Below, in pieces: positions 56,695 through 64,000 of a stretch of 64,000 bases of DNA. The position numbers were made by a program, and so were the translations under genes. This stretch comes from Bacteroides sp. (lineage in GTDB: Bacteria > Bacteroidota > Bacteroidia > Bacteroidales > Muribaculaceae), in contig JAAVEO010000039.1 in NCBI GenBank assembly GCA_014801225.1, positions 26,133-90,132 on the forward strand. The letters run 5' to 3'. The notes beneath the pieces are model-generated. The model saw only the letters and a list, made by a program, of their open reading frames with translations, was not told the origin of the DNA and did not search any database. How positions within the stretch are numbered: position 1 is the stretch's first letter; every line of letters begins with the position of its first letter.

Positions 56695-57342
56695 CTATGG
56701 CTTGGGCATTAGGCGGAGCCATTTGCGGTAGCCGAGGAGGGCTATCAGGGTGTAGAGGGCGTAGAGGATGGCGTAGAAAGGGATGCCTTTGTAGAGGTAG
56801 AGTACGGCGCTTACTATGTCGACGATGAACCATATAAGCCATTGCTCTACGTATTTGCGGGCTAACATCCAGAGACCTATGATGGAGAGAGATGTGGTGA
56901 AGGAGTCGGCTATGGGCACTGTGGAGTCGGTGAAGTGGAAGAGTAGCCACCATATCCCGGCCCACAGTAATCCGGTAGCCATTACTATTCCTCCCCATAC
57001 GGGAAAGGGCGTCCGCGTGATTTTCAGCTCATCTTTATCCTCAGCCGGTTTATCTGTTGGGGATTGAGATGCGGACTTCGCCTCGGTCACTACGGATTTC
57101 TCCGTGGGCCGCCCGGAGGAGCTTTTGCGACTCCAGGCTATGAAGCCGTAGACGGCTATCAAGAGATAGTAGATGTTGATGGCGAAGTCGGCATATAGCC
57201 CTTTGGAAAAGTAGATCCACATGGATATGGCCGGCATCACTACGGAGGCCAACCATACTTTGCGGTCGGCATGGTATTCCCACCAGAGATACAGTAAGCC
57301 TACGCAGAATCCGAGTATCTGAAGAATGAGTGAGAATGTCAT
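56695..57342 (-). CDS. pnuC: PnuC-family vitamin transporter (likely thiamine, PnuT)
   Basis: GLYAD, DSFTT, LARKYVEQWLIW...D and YKG motifs; lies downstream of a TPP riboswitch. Confidence 0.92.
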   Translation of the reverse strand: MTFSLILQILGFCVGLLYLWWEYHADRKVWLASVVMPAISMWIYFSKGLYADFAINIYYLLIAVYGFIAWSRKSSSGRPTEKSVVTEAKSASQSPTDKPAEDKDELKITRTPFPVWGGIVMATGLLWAGIWWLLFHFTDSTVPIADSFTTSLSIIGLWMLARKYVEQWLIWFIVDIVSAVLYLYKGIPFYAILYALYTLIALLGYRKWLRLMPKP

Positions 57343-57347
57343 CAGCT

Positions 57348-59600
57348 TTAGAATTTGAATGAGAGGGTAGCCATAACGTTTACGGGAGCCTGCGCGGCAT
57401 ATCCGGCATAGCGGTAGATTACGGGAGTGTCGCCATCCATATAGTAGCCCGCCCCGGCATAACCGTTGCTGAAGTATTTATTATTGAAGATGTTGTAAAC
57501 ACCAACGCCCACTTTCAACTCTTTGATTCCGCCGATCTTATGGAACAGATAAGCCAGATGAAGATCGGTGACGAAGTATGCTTTGAGCATAGCTTCGGAA
57601 TTACCGGCATTTGTAAGATACTGTTTTCCTACATATCGGCTCTGTAGCGAAGCCTCAAAATCTTTCACATAGAAATTGAAACTGTTGCTGAAAGTAAGAT
57701 CCGCAGAGAAGGCTATAGGAGTATCACCAAGATTGAATGTGATGGGATTGGTCCATTCATCTTCGTAGATATATTCCGTGAAGTCTTTGATCCGGTTGCG
57801 AGAGAGAGTAAGAGTGAAATTCCAGTCAAACCATCGGCAGGGACGTGCACCAAGTTCGAACTCCACACCCATACGGTAGGAATCAGGCACATTGACACTC
57901 ACGGGATTGCCTGTATCCGAGAGCTCGCCGGTAGCTACAAGCTGGTCCTTATAGAGCATATAGTAGAGATTGGCGCCTGCGGAGAAGATAGAGTTGGCAA
58001 ACTTATACCCGGCCTCGAAATCGTTGAGGCGTTCCGCTTCCGGGCGTCGTCCGGGATCTCCGTCGGTAAAATTATCACGGGTCGGTTCTTTACGGGCTAT
58101 AGCCCAAGAGATATATGCGCGATGAGGGCCCGATGTGAAGTTTACTCCAAGTTTGGGGTTGAAGAAATTCCAACGGCGATTGACGTGGAGAGCATAAGGC
58201 GCACCCGTACTCCAATCGAAATTGTCGCTCGCTCCGCTGATAGTGTAGCGTATATGGCGGTATTGGAGATCGGCAAAAGCCGAGAATCGAGAGTCAATAT
58301 CATAGTTGGCACGCAGGAAGAGATTGGCATCTGCCTTATGGCCGTTGTTGTCATAATAAGGCTGGAGAGGATTCAACGGCCCCTCATAATTACGCACCCA
58401 TTTCACCTGACCGAAATGATGACCGTAGAATACAGTGGAAGCTACTCCGAGAGTAAGGTCGATACGTTCCCCTGCATAATTGACATTGACATACCCTCCC
58501 CCGAAATGATTGCGATTATTCTTCAGGCGGATAAGATCGGATTTCTTCACAGTCTCTCCGGCGGCATTGACAAAGGGAGAGAGGCCATACTCCTGCAGAG
58601 TACGTCCTGTCTTGTACTGGTCATAATAGCCGTCGTCGTATGTATAATGCGCGGCTGCATTGAGATGCAGCCCATCGGCGAGACGCTGAGATAGAAGAAG
58701 CTGGAAATGATATTGTGCGTAATTGTCGTACTGGTCGGGATAATAGGCTGTCTTACCATCGGAGTCGATATACTCTCCGCAAGGATTGTAACGACGCCCG
58801 TATTTCTCCATATCGGCAAGTGAGGCGTAATCCCACGCCATGTAAGTGCGTTCCTTTCCACCGAAAGAGAGTAAACGTAAGAGAGTACCGCCCGTACGGA
58901 GAGCGGCCTGCCCGAAATAGCTCCAGAGCTTGGAGGATGCCCTGTCGATATAGCCATCCGAACCAAGATGAGAGAGACGCATATCAAAACTCCATTTGCC
59001 ACCAAGCAAACCGGTGCCGACACGGATTGCCTCGCGATTTGTATTGTAGGAACCGTAAGCGCCATCCACTTCAGCGTAAGCCTCACGCGAAGGAGTATCC
59101 GTAATCATATTCACGCTCGCACCGAAGGCACCGGCACCGTTGGAAGACGTTCCGGCACCACGCTGCACCTGCACATCTCTCAGCGAAGAGGCAAGGTCGG
59201 GCATATTTACCCAGTATACATTATGACTCTCGGGATTATTGATCGGGATACCGTTGGCGGTGACATTAATACGCGAACCATCCGTACCTCTCACACGCAT
59301 GGAAGTATATCCTATACCGGCTCCCGCATCGGAAGTGACCGTAATTGAGGGAGTCATCTGAAGAAGATAGGTCATATCGCGACCGTCATTGTCGCGATTA
59401 AGCTCGGATTTACTCAGATTGGAGAAAGCCACGGGAGTCTTGGCCGTGGCACGGTTGCCCAACACTTCCAGTTGGGCCAAAGTAACGGAAGGGATAGTGT
59501 CTACAAACGTTGTATCGACGGAAGAGAGATTGGAGTCCGCAAATACGGGGAAAGCGCCCCCTGCGATGAGCAGAAGCGACGCAAGGCAATATTTTTCCAT
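57348..59600 (-). CDS. TonB-dependent receptor, probable thiamine transporter
   Basis: Plug SDAGAGIGYTSMRVRG...RINVTANGIP...VYWVNMPD...QRGAG; terminal F; under a TPP riboswitch. Confidence 0.92.
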   Translation of the reverse strand: MEKYCLASLLLIAGGAFPVFADSNLSSVDTTFVDTIPSVTLAQLEVLGNRATAKTPVAFSNLSKSELNRDNDGRDMTYLLQMTPSITVTSDAGAGIGYTSMRVRGTDGSRINVTANGIPINNPESHNVYWVNMPDLASSLRDVQVQRGAGTSSNGAGAFGASVNMITDTPSREAYAEVDGAYGSYNTNREAIRVGTGLLGGKWSFDMRLSHLGSDGYIDRASSKLWSYFGQAALRTGGTLLRLLSFGGKERTYMAWDYASLADMEKYGRRYNPCGEYIDSDGKTAYYPDQYDNYAQYHFQLLLSQRLADGLHLNAAAHYTYDDGYYDQYKTGRTLQEYGLSPFVNAAGETVKKSDLIRLKNNRNHFGGGYVNVNYAGERIDLTLGVASTVFYGHHFGQVKWVRNYEGPLNPLQPYYDNNGHKADANLFLRANYDIDSRFSAFADLQYRHIRYTISGASDNFDWSTGAPYALHVNRRWNFFNPKLGVNFTSGPHRAYISWAIARKEPTRDNFTDGDPGRRPEAERLNDFEAGYKFANSIFSAGANLYYMLYKDQLVATGELSDTGNPVSVNVPDSYRMGVEFELGARPCRWFDWNFTLTLSRNRIKDFTEYIYEDEWTNPITFNLGDTPIAFSADLTFSNSFNFYVKDFEASLQSRYVGKQYLTNAGNSEAMLKAYFVTDLHLAYLFHKIGGIKELKVGVGVYNIFNNKYFSNGYAGAGYYMDGDTPVIYRYAGYAAQAPVNVMATLSFKF

Positions 59601-59607
59601 ATTAAAA

Positions 59608-59712
59608 TCTTCACTACGCCGGTATTACCCGGATCAGGTTCAAAGGGTATGATCTCAGAGCGGCCGGCGCATTGACTCTTCAAGCGCCTTCGGGCCGAAC
59701 ACCCCCGGAGGG
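59608..59712 (-). promoter_or_regulatory. TPP riboswitch
   Basis: The minus strand reads GGGGTG...CTGAGATCATACCCTTTGAACCTGATCCGGGTAATACCGGCGTAG, the canonical TPP aptamer core. A TAATTTTG promoter element lies at 59745-59752 (-). Confidence 0.95.
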
Positions 59713-60000
59713 AAGCATAATAATCTTCCTCTATATTTTTTTTGCAAAATTATAAAAAATTTTTTATTCAGCAATCAGGATACTTTGCAGTCGTCATCAA
59801 GCGGCGATACAGAATTGTTCTATTTTTCGGATTAATTTGCAGATATGGGGCATATAGTAAAAAAAATGGGTAAGTTATTCGTTTTTTTGAGTAATTTTGC
59901 ACACATTTTCAGTCCATAAGGAGTGAAAAAAGCCCCGCCCGGTAGGGTTCGGCAAATATTATTTCGAATTAACAAACAATATCTCATAGTTACGATTTAA

Positions 60001-61089
60001 ATGAATTTACTTACGAGAATTATCACAGCCGGTCTGGTTCTTCCATTGCTGGCAGCGTGTGGACATTCCGATTCCAAAGGATCCGAAGCCACATTCCATA
60101 ATGTTTTCGTGATCTCTCCGGAGGTAGCCTCGGGAGGCAACGTGCGTTCCTACCCCGCAAAAGTGGAAGAGGCCCGCAGTATTTCCGTAGGCTTCAAGAC
60201 TCCCGGTCAGATAAAGCGTATCCTCGTGAAGGAGGGCGATCATGTACGTGCAGGCCAGCTCCTGGCAGTGCTCGACACTGTGGATTATGCCCTCGGCGTA
60301 CGTACGCTCCGCGTGCAGTTGGCTCAGATGCGCAGCGAGCACGAACGCCTCAAGCAACTGTTCGCCACCGGAAATATCACCGCCAATGATTATGAAAAAG
60401 CATCGGCAGGACTTCGCCAGCTGGAGCTTCAACTCAAAATGAACCAGAACAAGCTCGATTACTGCCGCCTCTACGCTCCCGCTTCCGGAGTGATTACCGC
60501 CAAGAATTTTGAAAATTCCGAAATGGTGGATGCCGGCACACCCGTATTCGAACTGATGGACAACAATCATCTCGAAGTAGTGGTGGATCTTCCGGTGAGC
60601 GCCTATATGCAGAGAGCCAACTTCAGAGGGTTCACAGCCACTTCCCCCCATCTCCCGGGAAAGAGCTATCAACTCTCCATGCTCAGTCTTACGCCGAAGG
60701 CCGACAACAATCAGCTCTATCAACTCAAGCTCACTCTTCCCTCCACCGATGTGCAGCTCACTCCGGGACAGAACCTGAATGTGGAGATTCTCACGGAAGA
60801 CGGCGCACTCCTTGCCGGAGCCGGCGAACAGGCCACTGACATCCCTCTCAGCGCAATCGTGGAGCAGAAGGGGCGCCCGGGAGTATGGGCACTCAATCCT
60901 AAAGACTCCACTATCAACTTCACCCCCGTGGAGATTTCCGGCACAGGGGAAGAAGGTAAAGTGCGTGTGGTGTCAGGCCTTGCTCCCGGCATCACAATCG
61001 TGAGAGCCGGCGTGCATCATCTCAAAGAGGGAGAGAAAGTAAAAGTGATAAAGGAAAATTCCGCTACAAACCCCGGCAACCTGCTCTGA
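60001..61089 (+). CDS. RND efflux periplasmic adaptor (MFP) lipoprotein
   Basis: Lipobox LAAC; GQIKRILVKEGDHVRAGQLLAVLD, LYAPASGVI and GVHHLKEGEKV motifs. Confidence 0.94.
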   Translation: MNLLTRIITAGLVLPLLAACGHSDSKGSEATFHNVFVISPEVASGGNVRSYPAKVEEARSISVGFKTPGQIKRILVKEGDHVRAGQLLAVLDTVDYALGVRTLRVQLAQMRSEHERLKQLFATGNITANDYEKASAGLRQLELQLKMNQNKLDYCRLYAPASGVITAKNFENSEMVDAGTPVFELMDNNHLEVVVDLPVSAYMQRANFRGFTATSPHLPGKSYQLSMLSLTPKADNNQLYQLKLTLPSTDVQLTPGQNLNVEILTEDGALLAGAGEQATDIPLSAIVEQKGRPGVWALNPKDSTINFTPVEISGTGEEGKVRVVSGLAPGITIVRAGVHHLKEGEKVKVIKENSATNPGNLL

Positions 61090-61095
61090 TAGATA

Positions 61096-63999
61096 ATGGA
61101 CAGACTTACGAAATTCTTCATGAGCCGCCAGACTCTGTTCTGGTCGCTCATCGCCGGCATCATATTGCTCGGAATCCTGAGCTATATGAATATGCCGAAG
61201 CTGGAAGACCCGGCGGTGCCCGTGAAGCAGGTGAGCGTGATCGCCATCTATCCGGGAGCCGACGCCCACACTGTGGAGCTTGATGTGGCCCAGCCATTGG
61301 AGGATGCTTTGCGTACCCTCCCCGATGTAAATAAGATCAAGACGGAATGTAAGGCCGGGCAGGCCATGATCAATGTTGAGTTCAAAAAAGAGACTCCTCT
61401 TTCGGAGATTGAGCAACATTTCGATATCGTACGCCGCAAGACAGCCGATGTATCGCGTACCCTACCGCAGGGATGTATGGAGCCGATTGTGGTAGACGAT
61501 ATGATGGACGTATATGGCCTTTTCTACGCATTCAAGGCCGACGGTTATACTCTTCCGGAGGCTGAGAAATATGCGAAGTTACTTCGCAGGGAACTTGTGA
61601 CGGTGCCTGGCGTGAAACGCGTAAATATCGGCGGCACACGCTCGGAGGTGATAAATGTGGAGTTTACCCCCGACCAGCTCAAGCGTAACGGCTTGATGCC
61701 CATACAGCTGATGATGGCCCTCCAGAGCGCCACTTCATCCATTGATGCCGGAAAGGTGCCCACCGGTGACACCCGCATGAATATACAGGTGACTGAGGGG
61801 GTGAAATCCGTAGAAGATGTGAGAGAGCTTCTTCTTGACACTCCGGATGGCAAGAAGGTACGTTTGGGCGATGTGGCCAAAGTGACACGGACATTCACCA
61901 CCCCTACCCGTAATGCCTTCTTTGTAGACGGCAAAGAGGCACTTACCATCTCCATTACTCTCGATAATTCCGCAATCGTGCCCGATGTGGGTAAAGCCGT
62001 AGATGCCAAGATAGCCGAAGTGATGAAGCGAATGCCGGCCGGCATGGAGACAGAGAAAATCTTCTTCCAGCCGGACAAAGTGGATGAAGCCATGAACGGC
62101 TTTATGCTCAACCTTCTCGAATCGGTGGTCATCGTGGTAGTGGTGCTGATGCTCTTCATGGGTTGGAAATCGGGTCTTATCATCGGCTTCGGTCTGGCTC
62201 TGACCGTAGCGCTCTCCTTCCCGATACTCTCATCGTTAGGCACTACACTGCAGCGTATCTCTCTCGGGGCATTCATCGTGGCGATGGGTATGCTGGTCGA
62301 CAACTCTGTGGTGATTATGGACGGTATCCTCGTAGACCGACAGAAAGGCTTGCCTCGTAATGTCTATCTCCACCGCATCGGACGCAATACGGCTCTTCCT
62401 CTGCTCGGAGCCACAATCATAGCGGCGTGTACCTTCCTCCCCATCTATATGACTCCCGGATCGGTAGGAGAGTTTGCCGGCGATCTCTTCCTTGTGATAT
62501 GCGTCAGCCTCCTCGTAAGTTGGGTATTGGCCCTTATACAGGTGCCCGTATGTGCCGACCGTTGGATCAAGCATCTTCCGGAGAGCGCAGTGAAGCAAGT
62601 GGAAGCAGCCAATCCCCCGGGAAAGTTCTACGTGTGGATGCGCAATCTTATCGAATGGCTTATCCGCCACCGCTGGGTAGCTATTACATGTGCGATTGTG
62701 CTTTTCGCTGCAAGTGTCGTAGGGATGGGCTGCCTCAAGCAAGTGTTCTTCCCCGACTTCAACTATAAGCAATTCGTAGTGGAATGTTATTTCCCCGGAG
62801 AGGATGACCCGGACGTAGTGACACAGCGTATCCTGGCTATGGCCGACTCCGTAGGGCAAATGGAGGATGTAGACCGTGTGGCAGTAAGCACCGGCGGCGC
62901 ACCGGCCCGTTATTGTTTCGTTCGACCGATGCCCTCCGGCGGCGACCACTACGCAGAGCTTATCATAGACTGCAAGGACTTCGAGACGATGAACAGGATG
63001 ACGGATCAAGTGAGAGCACATCTTCGTGCCATCGCTCCCGATGCGTATGTGCGCACACGCCATTACAACTTCTCGATCGTATCCACCCATACAGTCGAAG
63101 CCGAGTTCACAGGCCCCGATCCCTCCGTACTCCGCTCCCTCTCGGCTCAGGCAGAGGAGATAATGAGAAAAAGCAAATGGGTTGACCCCTATAGCGTGCA
63201 GAACAACTGGTACCCTCGCGGTAAGGAATTGGCGTTCAACTTCTCTCAGAGCGAAGCCACACGGGCCGGAGTAAGCCGCACGGATGTGGGCAACGCCCTC
63301 AAAGCCGCAGGCGACGGTTATGCAGTAGGCGTATTCAACGATGGCGACAAAATGATACCCATCCAGATTACGATGCGTAACCCCGATGGCAGCCGCCTCT
63401 CCCCTCTCGGCGATATTCCCGTATGGAGTTCCGCCAATCTCTCCGTAGATCCGGCGGCCGTACAGGGTCTGCTGACCGGTGCCACCTCTCCCGGACAGCT
63501 GCGTGAGAATATGTTCCGTACGAGCATCCTCTCCAACGTAGTGGATTCCACCACTCTCGTATGGTCGGAAGATTTCGTAAGCCGCTACAATTCTCAGCGT
63601 GCCATTCAGGCGGAGTGTGATCCCGATCCTACAAATCCTGAGGCTACTCCCGCCAAAGTTCTTTCCGACATTCAAGCGCAAATAGAAACCATACCGCTCC
63701 CGGAAGGATACTCACTCCGCTGGGCCGGAGAGGGAGAGGCATCCAACGAATCCAACGAGCTTCTCATGGGTAATATGCCGATGGTGCTTCTCATTATCTT
63801 CGTGGTGCTCCTGCTTCTCTTCAACAATTGGCGCAAGATTTTCCTCGTGCTTATCTGCTTCCCCTTTGTGCTTTGCGGTATCGTACCGCTCCTATACTTC
63901 ACCGATACCCCCTTCACATTCCTCGCCATCCTCGGATTCATGGGCTTGATCGGTATGATGGTGAAGAATGCGATTGTGCTTCTCGATGAGATCACACGT
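61096..63999 (+). CDS. RND efflux permease (AcrB/AcrD/AcrF family), truncated by the window edge
   Basis: Hand translation from ATG 61096 gives MDRLTKFFMSRQTLFWSLIAGIILLG...PKLEDP, SLGAFIVAMGMLVDNSVV and GLIGMMVKNAIVLLDE. No stop within the window. Confidence 0.93.
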   Translation, partial: MDRLTKFFMSRQTLFWSLIAGIILLGILSYMNMPKLEDPAVPVKQVSVIAIYPGADAHTVELDVAQPLEDALRTLPDVNKIKTECKAGQAMINVEFKKETPLSEIEQHFDIVRRKTADVSRTLPQGCMEPIVVDDMMDVYGLFYAFKADGYTLPEAEKYAKLLRRELVTVPGVKRVNIGGTRSEVINVEFTPDQLKRNGLMPIQLMMALQSATSSIDAGKVPTGDTRMNIQVTEGVKSVEDVRELLLDTPDGKKVRLGDVAKVTRTFTTPTRNAFFVDGKEALTISITLDNSAIVPDVGKAVDAKIAEVMKRMPAGMETEKIFFQPDKVDEAMNGFMLNLLESVVIVVVVLMLFMGWKSGLIIGFGLALTVALSFPILSSLGTTLQRISLGAFIVAMGMLVDNSVVIMDGILVDRQKGLPRNVYLHRIGRNTALPLLGATIIAACTFLPIYMTPGSVGEFAGDLFLVICVSLLVSWVLALIQVPVCADRWIKHLPESAVKQVEAANPPGKFYVWMRNLIEWLIRHRWVAITCAIVLFAASVVGMGCLKQVFFPDFNYKQFVVECYFPGEDDPDVVTQRILAMADSVGQMEDVDRVAVSTGGAPARYCFVRPMPSGGDHYAELIIDCKDFETMNRMTDQVRAHLRAIAPDAYVRTRHYNFSIVSTHTVEAEFTGPDPSVLRSLSAQAEEIMRKSKWVDPYSVQNNWYPRGKELAFNFSQSEATRAGVSRTDVGNALKAAGDGYAVGVFNDGDKMIPIQITMRNPDGSRLSPLGDIPVWSSANLSVDPAAVQGLLTGATSPGQLRENMFRTSILSNVVDSTTLVWSEDFVSRYNSQRAIQAECDPDPTNPEATPAKVLSDIQAQIETIPLPEGYSLRWAGEGEASNESNELLMGNMPMVLLIIFVVLLLLFNNWRKIFLVLICFPFVLCGIVPLLYFTDTPFTFLAILGFMGLIGMMVKNAIVLLDEITR

Positions 64000-64000
64000 C

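Noticed and set aside
62236-63681. 481-aa minus-strand ORF
   Set aside because: It is the antisense shadow of the RND permease.

Overview
Bacteroidales chromosomal window (probably Muribaculaceae; inferred from gene content, TAnnTTTG promoters and T9SS-type C-termini). It has four parts. (1) 1-30141 is a polysaccharide utilisation locus: a GtaA/'glutaminase'-like protein fused to a GH2 N-terminus (cut by the window edge), two paralogous internally repeated T9SS-type proteins, a hybrid two-component system, an acyltransferase, a GH43, a second GtaA-like protein, an IPT/TIG lipoprotein, SusC/SusD, a SusE-positioned lipoprotein and two GH76 enzymes. Three of its promoters share an identically spaced motif. 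(2) 30234-44703 holds core genes (dnaJ, grpE, ispE, thioredoxin-like, MATE, DUF3822, rsmD, ribBA, S9 peptidase, GHL10, TIGR02757, SGNH hydrolase). (3) 44997-56647 is an accessory Ser/Thr phosphosignalling island and the best candidate for an undescribed system. It has a long structured leader RNA, a LytTR protein, an FHA-membrane-Zn protein, an exported caspase, a 47-aa membrane peptide, two kinases with near-identical catalytic domains but unrelated outer domains, an IS630 relic, a RelE-type TA pair, an acidic protein, a Zn-FHA protein and a PP2C phosphatase. Four of these proteins share an acidic-T-[RQ]-[IL]-[IV] motif that looks like an FHA docking code. (4) 56695-64000 holds a TPP-riboswitch-controlled thiamine uptake pair and an RND efflux operon cut by the window edge. 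All calls come from reading motifs by eye; no searches were run.
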